Below are positions 13,698 to 24,914 of a DNA stretch of 64,000 bases, in pieces. The stretch is taken from the NCBI RefSeq assembly GCF_017348835.2, contig NZ_CP071375.1. The stretch is one strand, 5' to 3'. This DNA comes from Escherichia coli (GTDB lineage: Bacteria > Pseudomonadota > Gammaproteobacteria > Enterobacterales > Enterobacteriaceae). Both the position numbers and the translations under genes were made by a program. Below the pieces are notes generated by a model. It saw nothing but the letters and a program-made list of their open reading frames with translations. It searched no databases and was not told the origin of the DNA. How positions within the stretch are numbered: the stretch's first letter is position 1; every line of letters begins with the position of its first letter.

Positions 13698-15878
13698 CTA
13701 GTGCTTGCTGTAAACCACACGTAATCCATACCCCTGCACGCCATCCTCTTTTTGGGCACCAAATTTCTGTACCGCTTCCTCGTTAGTGGCAGGGATGACA
13801 ATATCTTCATTACTGGTATTCGATTGCGCACCGGTGTAGCCATTGACGCTGTGTCCGGTAAATTCCCACTGGTAGTCGTATTGCGCCATTTCTTCTTCCG
13901 TCAGTTTTTCCGACTGCTGGAAAACGCCATCTTTGTTGACATCGCGCCACAGGACAAAACGATAGGCGTTATCAACAGGCAAATGCTCTTTCTCATTGCC
14001 GATAAGATTGATGGGGTTAGTCGCGGATACACGGTAGATAAAGGCATTAACATCGTTGCCCCCCGCGCCGAGGAAAGTCACATCGACATAGTTACTATCG
14101 TCATACGGTGCGGCCTTTGCTTTCCAGCGGAAGGTGCCGGGCAAAGTACTGGAGAGGGTGACGGTTCCTTTCTCTTTATCTTGCTTCGCGATAAAGACGC
14201 ACGGGTTATCGGTCGAGCAGGGTTTATTGGTGAGGGTGACTTTTTTATCCTGAGCATCGTAAAGCTGCGGACTCAGGCCATCTTCCGGCAGCGCATTACC
14301 GTTACGGTCAGTGTCATCACCAAAGCTATCGGTAACATCGAGATCCATCACCACGCCATCGACGCCATCCGCCTGAGCGCTGGCTTCATGACTGTGATTG
14401 TTTTCATCCGGCACATCCGCAATGTTGTTGACGATCAGTTCAATTTTGCGATCCTGCTGAACGGTGATTTCCACCACGCCGGAGTTTTGCCGGTTGCCTT
14501 TTTCATCTTCCAGAGCCAGACGCACGCGCCAGGTATTGAGTTTTTCCTGTTCGGCGGGATCAGAGCTGTACTGCCAGGCTGGCAGCACCAGATTCCAGTG
14601 GTTGTTGTTCCCTTCCGTGAGGGTATTTTCTTTGATAACCGGCATCACCAGAGTACGCGCAGCGTTGTTTCTCGCCTGCCAAGAGGCGACGACAATCTTA
14701 TAGTGATGATTGATTAGCGCATTGATTGTCCACTTACATTTTTCCAGCCCTACCGCAGCTTCGGGGGTGTCCTTGATGACACAATCCGGGTGTTCATTGG
14801 TGGCGTCAGCCTTCAGCCACAACGTAACGTCGAGAGGATCTTTTTCTTTATATTCCAGAACAATAAAATTATTGCGCTCAACAAAGTCATGGCGGCTGCC
14901 CATCAGCGAGTGAGCTGCTTTGACGTTATCGCTATTCAGTTGATCTTTTAGCGGAACACCGAACTGATAGTTAATCGTGGCGTTAACGCTAAGATCACTG
15001 TTATCTCCGGTACCTGCTTTATAATCCGTCCCGACCGTCAGTAACGGAACGGGTTGATAGTTCACGCCAAGCGTCACTGCATAGGGATCTTTTTCTAAAT
15101 TATCGGTGCCGAAGAGCGCCACTTCGTCACCATAATATTGCTCGAAAACAATTTTGCTCCCCAACTGAGGATAAGAAGGAAGCCTGGCTTCCGCCCGGAC
15201 ATCCCAGCCACGTGCGGGGCGTTCTAAATAGAAATCAAAATCTTTTGAATCTTTCCACTCTGAAAGCGGATGATAATAGTTACCAGAAAATTTTAAATAA
15301 TCCGTCCAGGCTTCTGTTCCCAAACCTAAACGGCGATGTCCGCGGGTGAAATCATAATCATAAAATATATTCCCCCCCAGAAGCCATTTATCAAAATTAT
15401 GTCTTACACCTAAACCTATATTACCTATCGTGCGTTCTTCTTTTCGTTGCGCAGAAAACTGACTGAAATAGACTGTGCTCTGATTGTCATACCAGGGGAC
15501 AAAATAGTCGATTGAACTGCCGTCCAGATCGCCACCCTGACCGATGGAAAGGTTAGAGCGAACTTTACCATAAGGAGAAAGCGCACCTTCGATATAAGAC
15601 TGTGCAGATGATGTGATTTGCCCTTGCAGATAGCTTCTCGCCTGGGATTCAAGAGCTTCTGGAGTCAGGTTCTCAAAGCCCTGCTGGGCGGACTCGGTAA
15701 CGTAATTGGCACCACGTTCCTTGAAAGATTTGCCTTTGTTACTTTGTTCCTCTTGTTGAGCCGTTTCGCTTGCCAGATCAGGTAATGAAGATTCGCTTTG
15801 CTTAATATTTATCTCCGGTGCCGCATAAGCAGCACCAGAAATAACGATTAGCGTTATATAGCGAATCCATCGCAGCAT
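13698..15878 (-). CDS. sinH: Intimin/invasin-family outer-membrane adhesin (inverse autotransporter), SinH-like
   Basis: 726-aa ORF with signal peptide; aromatic-rich N-terminal region typical of the intimin/invasin beta-barrel, then extracellular domains; AT-rich upstream region. Confidence 0.7.
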   Translation of the reverse strand: MLRWIRYITLIVISGAAYAAPEINIKQSESSLPDLASETAQQEEQSNKGKSFKERGANYVTESAQQGFENLTPEALESQARSYLQGQITSSAQSYIEGALSPYGKVRSNLSIGQGGDLDGSSIDYFVPWYDNQSTVYFSQFSAQRKEERTIGNIGLGVRHNFDKWLLGGNIFYDYDFTRGHRRLGLGTEAWTDYLKFSGNYYHPLSEWKDSKDFDFYLERPARGWDVRAEARLPSYPQLGSKIVFEQYYGDEVALFGTDNLEKDPYAVTLGVNYQPVPLLTVGTDYKAGTGDNSDLSVNATINYQFGVPLKDQLNSDNVKAAHSLMGSRHDFVERNNFIVLEYKEKDPLDVTLWLKADATNEHPDCVIKDTPEAAVGLEKCKWTINALINHHYKIVVASWQARNNAARTLVMPVIKENTLTEGNNNHWNLVLPAWQYSSDPAEQEKLNTWRVRLALEDEKGNRQNSGVVEITVQQDRKIELIVNNIADVPDENNHSHEASAQADGVDGVVMDLDVTDSFGDDTDRNGNALPEDGLSPQLYDAQDKKVTLTNKPCSTDNPCVFIAKQDKEKGTVTLSSTLPGTFRWKAKAAPYDDSNYVDVTFLGAGGNDVNAFIYRVSATNPINLIGNEKEHLPVDNAYRFVLWRDVNKDGVFQQSEKLTEEEMAQYDYQWEFTGHSVNGYTGAQSNTSNEDIVIPATNEEAVQKFGAQKEDGVQGYGLRVVYSKH

Positions 15879-16087
15879 GTTTTTCCCTGTGAAAATTTAA
15901 TTCTGAAATAATGTCTAATATTGTATTCCAGATAGCACAGGAACTGCACTCCATAAGTGCTAAATATAATCTTAAAATTATAAGAATGTGACTTTACACA
16001 TTTTTAATTAGTCGTTAATCTAATAGGAAAGAGATTATAATATTTATATTAGGAATATATAATGTGAAATCATATATTCCAGTGATA

Positions 16088-16303
16088 TTAAACAATGACA
16101 AATTCAATACGGGTTTTAGAAATTAAACCGTGACCATGCAGGCAGAAATAATCCACCGCACCACACGCTTTTAATACCTGCAACGGTTGGTGGCAGTCAG
16201 GACAAAGAGCCTGGACTATGAAATCTTTGTTACACGTTGCGCAGTGAGTAGCCTCGCCATTACGTTCGAGAGGGTTTTGGCAGATTGGGCAGCTGAGTTC
16301 CAT
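16088..16303 (-). CDS. yfgJ: Small zinc-ribbon protein YfgJ
   Basis: 71-aa ORF with two CxxC pairs (CPICQ...CATC; CPDC...CLHGH); conserved position upstream of der. Confidence 0.8.
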   Translation of the reverse strand: MELSCPICQNPLERNGEATHCATCNKDFIVQALCPDCHQPLQVLKACGAVDYFCLHGHGLISKTRIEFVIV

Positions 16304-16365
16304 AAATGATCCTCACATTTTTATGGGTTTCCCTCTCCATATGGAAAGGGAAACCAGATAAGTAA

Positions 16366-17838
16366 TTACTTACTTTTCTTGATATGCTTCATCAGGCGCT
16401 TACGCTTGCGCATCTGGGTCGGCGTCAGGGTGTTACGCTTATTCGCATACGGGTTTTCCCCTTCTTTGAACTGAATACGAATCGGCGTCCCCATCACATC
16501 CAGAGACTTGCGGAAATAGTTCATCAGATAACGCTTGTAGGAATCCGGCAGGTCTTTTACCTGGTTACCGTGAATCACCACAATCGGCGGGTTATAGCCA
16601 CCTGCGTGAGCATACTTCAGCTTCACACGACGACCACGTACCAGCGGCGGCTGGTGATCTTCAACTGCCATGGTCATAATACGTGTCAGCATAGACGTTC
16701 CCACACGACGGGTGGAGCTGTCATACGCTTCACGTACTGATTCAAACAAGTTACCAACACCACTGCCGTGCAAGGCAGAGATAAAGTGCACACGAGCAAA
16801 ATCGATAAAGCCCAGACGGAAGTCCAGCGTTTCTTTCACCTGCTCTTTCACTTCCTGACTCAGGCCATCCCACTTATTCACCACAATGACAAGTGAGCGC
16901 CCACTATTGAGAATAAAGCCCAGCAGCGAGAGATCCTGATCGGAAATACCTTCGCGCGCATCAATCACTAACATCACCACGTTGGCATCTTCAATGGCCT
17001 GCAACGTTTTGATTACGGAGAATTTCTCTACAGCATCGGTGATTTTGCCGCGTTTACGTACGCCAGCGGTGTCAATGAGCACATACTCACGTCCATCGCG
17101 TTCCATTGGGATGTAGATGCTGTCACGCGTCGTGCCAGGCATGTCGTAAACAACAACGCGCTCTTCACCAAGAATACGGTTAGTGAGTGTAGACTTACCT
17201 ACGTTCGGACGACCCACAATCGCCAGTTTGATCGGCAGACTTTGCGGGTCGAAGTCGTCTTCCTCTTCTTCTTCGCCGTTCTCTTCCGCTTCAAATTGCG
17301 CCCAGTATTCAGCGTCTTCGTCGACTTCCTCTTGCGGTGCGAGATCTTCCATCCACGGCAGCAGCACATGCTCCAGCAGACTTAATACGCCACGACCGTG
17401 AGACGCGGCGATCGGGTAGATTTCACCTAAACCAAGCGAGTAGAAATCAACCACTGCCTGATCGGGATCCAGACCGTCAGTTTTGTTTGCCACCAGGAAG
17501 GTCGGTTTTTCACGGGAGCGCAGATGTTTGGCAATCGCTTCATCTGCCGGCATCAGGCCCGCGCGCGCATCCACCATAAACAGTACGACGTCCGCTTCTT
17601 CAATCGCCAGCAGCGACTGTTCCGCCATGCGGGTTTCTACACCGTCTTCTGTGCCATCAATCCCGCCGGTATCAATACAGATAAACTCACGGCCTTCAAT
17701 TTCCGCACGACCGTACTTACGGTCACGAGTCAGACCCGGGAAATCCGCAACCAGCGCATCTCGGGTGCGAGTTAGACGGTTAAATAACGTGGATTTTCCT
17801 ACGTTAGGGCGCCCGACAAGCGCGACCACAGGTACCAT
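16366..17838 (-). CDS. der: Ribosome-associated GTPase Der (EngA), two GTPase domains
   Basis: ORF track 16366..17877; start trimmed to [22 protein letters not shown] (490 aa) with GAGG Shine-Dalgarno 8 nt upstream; two G1 motifs GRPNVGKS. Confidence 0.93.
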   Translation of the reverse strand: MVPVVALVGRPNVGKSTLFNRLTRTRDALVADFPGLTRDRKYGRAEIEGREFICIDTGGIDGTEDGVETRMAEQSLLAIEEADVVLFMVDARAGLMPADEAIAKHLRSREKPTFLVANKTDGLDPDQAVVDFYSLGLGEIYPIAASHGRGVLSLLEHVLLPWMEDLAPQEEVDEDAEYWAQFEAEENGEEEEEDDFDPQSLPIKLAIVGRPNVGKSTLTNRILGEERVVVYDMPGTTRDSIYIPMERDGREYVLIDTAGVRKRGKITDAVEKFSVIKTLQAIEDANVVMLVIDAREGISDQDLSLLGFILNSGRSLVIVVNKWDGLSQEVKEQVKETLDFRLGFIDFARVHFISALHGSGVGNLFESVREAYDSSTRRVGTSMLTRIMTMAVEDHQPPLVRGRRVKLKYAHAGGYNPPIVVIHGNQVKDLPDSYKRYLMNYFRKSLDVMGTPIRIQFKEGENPYANKRNTLTPTQMRKRKRLMKHIKKSK

Positions 17839-17955
17839 GTTTAAAGCCTCATTTTTATAAATCATCAGACAACGCACGCTATATTCGCGTCGTTGTTAAA
17901 AACAGGAAAACGGCCCCTGTCCAGGAGCCGTTTTCAAAGTGAACGACAGAGACGA

Positions 17956-19134
17956 TTAACGTGTAATAGAGTACACGGTTCCGTCTTTTGCCTGGATCAG
18001 CAGTTTGCCGTCAGCGGCAACCGGTTCAGTCTGGAAACCGGAACTATCAACTTTTTGCTGGGCAACGAAACGACCATCTTCGACGTTAATCCAGTGCAGA
18101 TAACCTTCACTGTCACCTACCACCAGGTTGCCATTATACAGCACCGGAGAAGTCAGCAGGCGATGCAACAGATCGCTTTGTGTCCACAGCGTAACGCCGC
18201 CATCAATGGTCAACGCCATCACCCTGTCATTTTGATCGACCAGATAGATGCGATTGCCGTCGACGATGAAATCATTCACCGAACCCAGTTCGCGTTTCCA
18301 CATAATCTGACCACTGCGCAGATCAAGCGCCGTCAGGTTACCATTATAGGCCAGCGCGAAAACAACGCCGTTAACAACGACGGGAGTCGTGTCAACATCG
18401 CTCAGACGGTCAATTTCGGTAGAACCGGTCGCCTGGGAAATACGCTGCTGCCAAATCATCTGGCCCTGTTCCATCAGCACTGCGCTGACGCGACCATTAT
18501 CGCCACCCACGACGGCCGCACCAAAAGCCGTTGCCGGCGCAGACTCGCCACGCAAAGAGAGCGAAGGCATATCGAGGTTAACTGTCCATTTGACAGCGCC
18601 GTCAGCTTCGTTCAGCGCTTGTAACTGACCGTTACTGGTGTGGATTAACACCAGACCGTCGCTGACCACCGGGCGCGAAAGTGCTTCACCCGCGACTTTA
18701 GTTTGCCATGCCACAGTACCATCGCTGGTATTCAGCGCGTAAACCTGCGCCTTTTCGCTGCCAATGTAGACATGTCCACCAGACACGGTCACACCGCCAG
18801 AAAGTAATGCAGGCTCTTTAGAGAACCAGCCATCTTTCTCGGCCAGGCTGACAGACCAGATTTCTTTGCCATCATCCGCATTCAGCGCTTTTACTAAACC
18901 AGCGCGGTCCGCTGCATAGACAACGTTGTCCGCCAGTGCCGGATGAAGATTGGAATAGAAGTTGCCAATGCCGCTACCAACGGAAGTGCTCCACGCCGTG
19001 GTCGGCGTAAACTGGTTTTCAACGGTTGGCAATGGGGACATCTTTACCACATCTTCTTCGCTGTTAAACAGCGAACAGCCGCTTAAAAGGGTAACGGAAA
19101 GCAGTCCTGGCAGCAGTAATTTACGCAATTGCAT
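17956..19134 (-). CDS. bamB: Outer-membrane protein assembly factor BamB (lipoprotein, beta-propeller)
   Basis: 392-aa ORF with lipobox LLSGC. Confidence 0.93.
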   Translation of the reverse strand: MQLRKLLLPGLLSVTLLSGCSLFNSEEDVVKMSPLPTVENQFTPTTAWSTSVGSGIGNFYSNLHPALADNVVYAADRAGLVKALNADDGKEIWSVSLAEKDGWFSKEPALLSGGVTVSGGHVYIGSEKAQVYALNTSDGTVAWQTKVAGEALSRPVVSDGLVLIHTSNGQLQALNEADGAVKWTVNLDMPSLSLRGESAPATAFGAAVVGGDNGRVSAVLMEQGQMIWQQRISQATGSTEIDRLSDVDTTPVVVNGVVFALAYNGNLTALDLRSGQIMWKRELGSVNDFIVDGNRIYLVDQNDRVMALTIDGGVTLWTQSDLLHRLLTSPVLYNGNLVVGDSEGYLHWINVEDGRFVAQQKVDSSGFQTEPVAADGKLLIQAKDGTVYSITR

Positions 19135-19144
19135 CGGGTCCCTC

Positions 19145-19765
19145 TCAGATGGACAAATTATTAATTTTCATCTGCATCATTTCGCTCAGTGCCGGAGTAA
19201 CATCGCTTTTCACGCCTGCTTCCCATGCACTACGCGCACCTTGCTTATCACCTTTGCTCAGCAATGCTTCACCACGCAGGTCGGCAACAATGGCAGCCCA
19301 CCCTTCACCTTTGATGGTATCAAGGGTTTTCAGCGCGGCATCAGCCTGCTTGAGCTGTACCTGAACGCGAGCAAGACGCAGATTTATCACGGCTTTGAGA
19401 TTTTCATCGCTCGTGTCTGCCAGCCCCTGTTGTAACTGGGCGGCAGCTTTCTCTAGTTCATTTTTGTCAACAAATTGCTGCGCAAGTTCCAAAGAAGCCA
19501 GCGCACCATAAGTATTTTTATTTTCAGCAGCAAATTTTTCCGCCGCCGGGATGCTATCCGGTTTGCCTTCGCTCACTGCGGTAACCGCATTTTGATAGGC
19601 AAGAGAAGCGGAGCGTGCAGAATCAACCTGATGGCTGTTCCAGTAGCGCCAGCCAATCAGTGCGCCAACGCCCAAAATCACCCCAACAGCCAGTGCTTTG
19701 CCATTTTCAGCAAAAAAGCGTTTAACCGCTTCTACCTGGTCGTTTTCGTTCTCGTAAATTTCCAC
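19145..19765 (-). CDS. yfgM: Membrane-anchored TPR-like protein YfgM
   Basis: 206-aa ORF with a single N-terminal transmembrane segment; conserved position between hisS and bamB. Confidence 0.85.
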   Translation of the reverse strand: MEIYENENDQVEAVKRFFAENGKALAVGVILGVGALIGWRYWNSHQVDSARSASLAYQNAVTAVSEGKPDSIPAAEKFAAENKNTYGALASLELAQQFVDKNELEKAAAQLQQGLADTSDENLKAVINLRLARVQVQLKQADAALKTLDTIKGEGWAAIVADLRGEALLSKGDKQGARSAWEAGVKSDVTPALSEMMQMKINNLSI

Positions 19766-19782
19766 GCTGTCCTTCTCCTTCC

Positions 19783-21057
19783 TTAACCCAGTAACGTGCG
19801 CAAATGCGCGGCTACGCTATCCTGCGCAACTGCCGTTTGCTCACCAGAGCGCAAATCCTTCACTACTGCTGTGCCGTTAGCCACTTCAGACTCACCCAGC
19901 ACCACAGCAACGCGGGCACCCCATTTATCAGCACGGGCAAACTGTTTCTTAAAGTTGCCGCCGCCGTGGTTGGTCATCAATTTCACGCCCGGTAATTCAT
20001 CACGCAGACGCTCAGCTAATGCCATAGCCGCAGATTGTGTATCAGCACCTGAAGCCACCAGGTATATATCGACAACAGGATCGGCTTTAAATTCCGGATT
20101 AACGGCCTGTACTAACAATACAAGACGTTCGAGGCCCATCGCAAAACCGACAGCCGGTGTTGCACGACCGCCCAGTTGTTCCACAAGACCGTCATAACGA
20201 CCGCCTGCACACACGGTGCCCTGGGAGCCGAGACTGTTAGTCACCCACTCGAAAACGGTACGGTTGTAGTAATCCAGACCACGCACCAGACGCTGGTTTA
20301 CGGTGTAAGCGATCCCCGCGCTCTCAAGCAGTTTGCACAGACCGGCAAAATGCTCACGAGATTCCTCGTCCAGATAATCACCTAATGCCGGAGCGTCGTT
20401 GAGAAGCGCCTGCACTTCCGGATTTTTTGAATCCAGCACGCGCAGCGGGTTAGTGTACATGCGGCGTTTGCAGTCTTCGTCCAGCTTTTCTTTATGCTGC
20501 TCAAGGAATGCCACCAGCGCATCGCGGTAATTGGCGCGTGCTTCCAGCGAACCGATAGAGTTCAGCTCAAGAGTTACGTGCTCGGAAATACCCAGCGCGC
20601 GCCACCAGCGGGCAGTGAGCATAATCAGTTCAGCGTCGATATCCGGACCTTGCAGACCGAAAACTTCGCAGCCCAACTGATGGAACTGACGATAACGCCC
20701 TTTCTGCGGACGCTCGTGACGGAACATCGGCCCGATATACCACAGACGCTGTTCCTGATTGTACAGAAGACCATGCTCGATGCCGGCGCGTACACAGCCC
20801 GCCGTCCCTTCAGGGCGCAGAGTCAGGCTGTCGCCATTGCGATCCTCAAAGGTGTACATCTCTTTTTCAACCACGTCGGTGACTTCACCAATCGCACGTT
20901 TGAATAGCGGGGTCTGCTCTACAATCGGCAAGCGGATTTCACTGTAACCGTAGCTGCCGAGCACGTTTTTCAGTGTGCCTTCAATGCGCTGCCAGATGGC
21001 CGTTTCGCCAGGCAGGTAATCGTTCATGCCGCGAATGGCTTGAATGTTTTTTGCCAC
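19783..21057 (-). CDS. hisS: Histidine--tRNA ligase
   Basis: 424-aa [21 protein letters not shown]...; class II aaRS motifs. Confidence 0.95.
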
Positions 21058-21061
21058 GTTT

Positions 21062-21160
21062 ATTCTCTTTCTGAATATAAAAATGAACCCTCAACGCTTC
21101 CCTCAATGTTTCGGGAGCCATGCGGGTTCAATCATACACGGGAAGCGAGGCGCTTCCCAT
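21062..21160 (-). ncRNA. sroE: Candidate SroE-type small RNA in the ispG-hisS intergenic region
   Basis: 110-bp spacer with a stable hairpin (gggaagcgaggcgcttccc); an sRNA is known at this position in E. coli. Boundaries approximate. Confidence 0.3.
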
Positions 21161-21167
21161 CACGTTA

Positions 21168-22286
21168 TTATTTTTCAACCTGCTGAACGTCAATTCGACG
21201 CGCTTCGTCCAGCTGACTGGCTTTCGCACGAATGCGTGCTTCCAGCTGGTCGATCATATCGTTGTTGTCCAGACGGTCTTTGCGCACGCCATCTTCATAG
21301 AGGCCGCTTTTCTTGTTGCCGCCGGTGACGCCGAGTGTAGAAACCAGCGCCTCACCTGGGCCATTCACCACGCAGCCGATAATCGAAACGTCCATCGGAG
21401 TGATGATATCTTCCAGGCGTTGCTCCAGCGCGTTAACCGTACCGATAACATCAAATTCCTGACGCGAACAGGTCGGGCAGGCGATGAAGTTGATCCCTCG
21501 CGAACGGATACGCAGCGATTTCAAAATATCGAAACCGACTTTGATCTCTTCGACCGGATCGGCCGCCAGTGATACGCGCAGCGTGTCGCCGATGCCTTCA
21601 GACAGCAGCAGACCTAAACCAATGGCGGATTTTACTGCCCCGCTGCGCGCGCCACCCGCTTCGGTGATCCCCAGATGCAGCGGCTGATCGATTTGTTTTG
21701 CCAGCAAACGATAAGACTCAACAGCGAGGAAGACGTCAGACGCTTTCACGCTGACTTTGAACTGATCGAAGTTCAGGCGATCGAGATGATCAACATGGCG
21801 CATGGCGGATTCCAGCAACGCCTGCGGCGTCGGTTCGCCATACTTTTCTTGCAGATCTTTTTCCAGCGATCCGGCGTTAACGCCAATACGGATCGGAATG
21901 TTTTTATCGCGCGCACAGTCAACCACCATGCGAATACGCTCTTCATTACCGATATTGCCGGGGTTAATACGCAGACAATCGACGCCGTATTCCGCTACTT
22001 TCAGCGCAATGCGATAGTCGAAGTGGATGTCAGCCACCAGCGGCACGTTAACCCGCTGTTTGATGAGTTTGAACGCTTCTGCCGCGTCCATCGTCGGTAC
22101 GGAGACACGGACGATATCAGCGCCAACGCGTTCCAGCGCCTTGATTTGATTGACCGTTGCTTCGACATCTGTCGTACGCGTATTGGTCATGGACTGTACG
22201 GCGATGGGAGCACCATCGCCAATCGGCACATTCCCAACGTAAATACGTGTTGATTTTCTACGTTGAATTGGAGCCTGGTTATGCAT
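21168..22286 (-). CDS. ispG: 4-hydroxy-3-methylbut-2-enyl diphosphate synthase (flavodoxin)
   Basis: 372-aa [39 protein letters not shown]...; C-terminal Cys ligands CPTC. Confidence 0.95.
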   Translation of the reverse strand: MHNQAPIQRRKSTRIYVGNVPIGDGAPIAVQSMTNTRTTDVEATVNQIKALERVGADIVRVSVPTMDAAEAFKLIKQRVNVPLVADIHFDYRIALKVAEYGVDCLRINPGNIGNEERIRMVVDCARDKNIPIRIGVNAGSLEKDLQEKYGEPTPQALLESAMRHVDHLDRLNFDQFKVSVKASDVFLAVESYRLLAKQIDQPLHLGITEAGGARSGAVKSAIGLGLLLSEGIGDTLRVSLAADPVEEIKVGFDILKSLRIRSRGINFIACPTCSRQEFDVIGTVNALEQRLEDIITPMDVSIIGCVVNGPGEALVSTLGVTGGNKKSGLYEDGVRKDRLDNNDMIDQLEARIRAKASQLDEARRIDVQQVEK

Positions 22287-22312
22287 GAAAAATCTCCCGC
22301 GTTACCCGTCTG

Positions 22313-23326
22313 TTACTGCGCCGGTGATTGTTCGGCATTGAGGGTCAGACGCGCAACCTGGTTAGTTCTGATAAAACGACTCAGATCGACAGGTTTCCCT
22401 TGATACTGGATCTGTACTGCGGCTGGCGCACCAATTTTCAGTTTGTACGGTGCCTGGCCGGTTAAGTTCAAATTACCGTCTTTACGCTGCATACCGCTAA
22501 ACAATTTTTTACCGGTAGCATCAGTAACCTCCAGCCAACAATCGGCAGTAAAGTTCATCACCAGCGCATTCGGATCAGCCACCGGCGTGGTCACGCCAGC
22601 CTGATCGGTTGGCAACGGCGCAGCACCATCTGGCGTTGTTGCTGCCGTTGGTGCCGGGGTCGCGGCGGTATCAACATTTGCCTGCGAAGGCGAAACAACC
22701 GCATTCTGTTGCGGATCAACAGCTGGTGCTGGCGCAGTTACGGCAGGTGTTTGCGTGTTGGTTGCGGTAGTATCCACAGACGCTGGCGGCGTGGACGTTG
22801 TAGCCGGGTCTGTAGTTGTCGACGTATTTAACGGAACACTCTGCCCCTGCTCGCTATTACTGCTCAGTTCCGCCGAAGATTGATCGGCCATAGTGGTGAT
22901 CTCTTCCTGCTGAGCTTTGTGGTCTTGCCACCACCAGGCACCGCTCAGGCCGATAACCACAAACAACACCAGCCAGGTGAAGGTCATCAGCCAGCCGTCG
23001 CGTTTTTTGCGGCGTTTACCGAGAGAAAAACTCTGCATCGGCGCAACTTTTGCAGCCCGAAGTGGAGCCTGCTTTTCCAGCCCTGGCAGCAGTTCTTCTT
23101 CTGGAATATGTACCAGACGCGCATAAGAGCGGATATATCCGCGCAGGAATGTTGAAGCAAGATCGGCGGGTGCCTTATCTTCTTCAATGTCGCGTACCGT
23201 GGAAACCTTCAGGCAAAGTCGCTCGGCAACGGCCTGCTGACTAAGTCCTAGTTGTTCGCGAGCATTACGCAGGCGAGCGCCGGTAGTAAGTGCTTCATTT
23301 TGGTCGTGCGTGGCTTCAGTATTCAT
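22313..23326 (-). CDS. rodZ: Cytoskeleton protein RodZ
   Basis: 337-aa ORF; N-terminal helix-turn-helix, single transmembrane segment, Pro/Thr/Ala-rich periplasmic linker. Confidence 0.9.
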   Translation of the reverse strand: MNTEATHDQNEALTTGARLRNAREQLGLSQQAVAERLCLKVSTVRDIEEDKAPADLASTFLRGYIRSYARLVHIPEEELLPGLEKQAPLRAAKVAPMQSFSLGKRRKKRDGWLMTFTWLVLFVVIGLSGAWWWQDHKAQQEEITTMADQSSAELSSNSEQGQSVPLNTSTTTDPATTSTPPASVDTTATNTQTPAVTAPAPAVDPQQNAVVSPSQANVDTAATPAPTAATTPDGAAPLPTDQAGVTTPVADPNALVMNFTADCWLEVTDATGKKLFSGMQRKDGNLNLTGQAPYKLKIGAPAAVQIQYQGKPVDLSRFIRTNQVARLTLNAEQSPAQ

Positions 23327-23569
23327 TCGCTGCAGGTACGTTTAAATGAGAATTGAGATGCCGGTGAACCATCATGCTCACCCACACCGCGAAACATCCG
23401 TTAAGTTAACCGTTATCATACAGTATAAGACCGTCTGTGTGCTCGTGACAAAGCCCACATTCACTAAGGCTAACTTACTGTTGCATCGTTACATACTGCC
23501 TTAAAGTCAGCAAAAACGCACCGTTAATATTGACCAGACAATTGCAACTTAATACTTCATTCATAAAAC

Positions 23570-23603
23570 ATTACGCCACGGTACATAAAGTAACCGTGGC
23601 GTA
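23570..23603 (-). terminator. Hairpin just downstream of rlmN (possible attenuator or terminator)
   Basis: Inverted repeat cgccacggt/accgtggcg directly after the rlmN stop; U-tract is weak. Confidence 0.35.
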
Positions 23604-23610
23604 ATGGCTA

Positions 23611-24765
23611 TCAGACCGCTTTAATGTCGATGGCTTCACCCTGCATCCGTTTACGCAGGGTACGTTTCGTACGGTCGATAACATCGCCCGCCAACTGACC
23701 ACAGGCAGCATCGATATCATCACCACGCGTTTTACGCACAATAGTGGTGAAACCGTAGCTCATCAGCACTTTTGAGAAACGGTCGATACGGCTGTTCGAA
23801 CTGCGTCCATACGGTGCGCCCGGGAACGGGTTCCACGGGATCAGGTTGATCTTACACGGCGTATCTTTCAACAGTTCCGCCAGTTGGTGAGCGTGTTCAG
23901 TGCCGTCGTTAACGTGGTCAAGCATCACGTATTCAATAGTGACTCGGCCTTGATTGGCGTTGGATTTCTCCAGATAACGGCGCACCGCAGCAAGGAACGT
24001 TTCGATATTGTACTTTTTGTTGATCGGCACAATTTCGTCACGAATTTCGTCGTTCGGCGCGTGCAGGGAAATTGCCAGCGCAACATCGATCATATCGCCC
24101 AGTTTATCCAGCGCTGGAACTACACCGGAAGTGGAAAGCGTCACGCGACGTTTAGACAGACCAAAACCGAAATCATCAAGCATGATTTCCATCGCCGGAA
24201 CGACGTTGTTCAGGTTGAGCAGCGGCTCGCCCATGCCCATCATCACTACGTTAGTGATCGGGCGCTGACCGGTGACTTTTGCTGCGCCGACGATTTTCGC
24301 CGCACGCCACACCTGGCCAATAATTTCCGATACCCGCAGGTTGCGGTTAAAGCCCTGCTGGGCGGTGGAACAGAATTTACACTCCAGCGCACACCCCACC
24401 TGCGAAGAGACGCAGAGCGTAGCGCGGTCGTCTTCCGGGATGTACACCGTTTCGACACGCTGGTCACCCACGGCAATCGCCCATTTAATGGTGCCGTCAG
24501 ATGAACGCTGTTCTTCAACCACTTCCGGTGCGCGGATTTCCGCCACCTCTTTCAGCTTGCCGCGCAACACTTTGTTGATGTCAGTCATCTCATCAAAATT
24601 GTCGCAGCAATAGTGATACATCCACTTCATCACCTGATCGGCGCGGAAGGGCTTTTCACCTAAATCTTTAAAAAACTCCCGCATCTGCTGACGATTGAGA
24701 TCCAGCAGGTTGATTTTTCCATCTTTGGTGGTGACGTTTTCAGGTGTGACTAATTGTTCAGACAT
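23611..24765 (-). CDS. rlmN: Dual-specificity RNA methyltransferase RlmN (radical SAM)
   Basis: 384-aa ORF; radical-SAM CxxxCxxC motif (CALECKFC). Confidence 0.95.
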
Positions 24766-24809
24766 ATGCTATTCCGGCCTCGTTATTACACGTTATGGCC
24801 CCTGGAGGG

Positions 24810-24856
24810 TTGAAAAAAGAAACGCCCCGGTGAGCGGCTGCTCGTCCGGGGGCGCT
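24810..24856 (-). terminator. Rho-independent terminator downstream of ndk
   Basis: GC-rich hairpin cgccccgg...ccgggggcg followed on the minus strand by ttcttttttca. Confidence 0.55.
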
Positions 24857-24914
24857 GCATTGTACAAATTCTGGCGCACGGATGCCACGTTTGCACGCGG
24901 CATTTACGAAATTA

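Noticed and set aside
13752-14717. 321-aa plus-strand ORF inside sinH, and other antisense ORFs inside ratA, der, bamB and iscS
   Set aside because: Embedded antisense to genes with signal peptides and clear domain content; low-complexity translations.
16366-17877. N-terminal extensions in the ORF track for der, guaB, hscA, pepB, iscS, iscA, hcaR, csiE, sseA, sseB, yphA and yphC
   Set aside because: The longest ORF overshoots the start that gives the length I recall for the E. coli protein and has a Shine-Dalgarno; starts were trimmed in the features.
22600-22900. Low-complexity Pro/Thr/Ala-rich stretch in rodZ, and the acidic stretch in der near 17250
   Set aside because: Known linker regions of these conserved proteins, not mobile or repeat elements.
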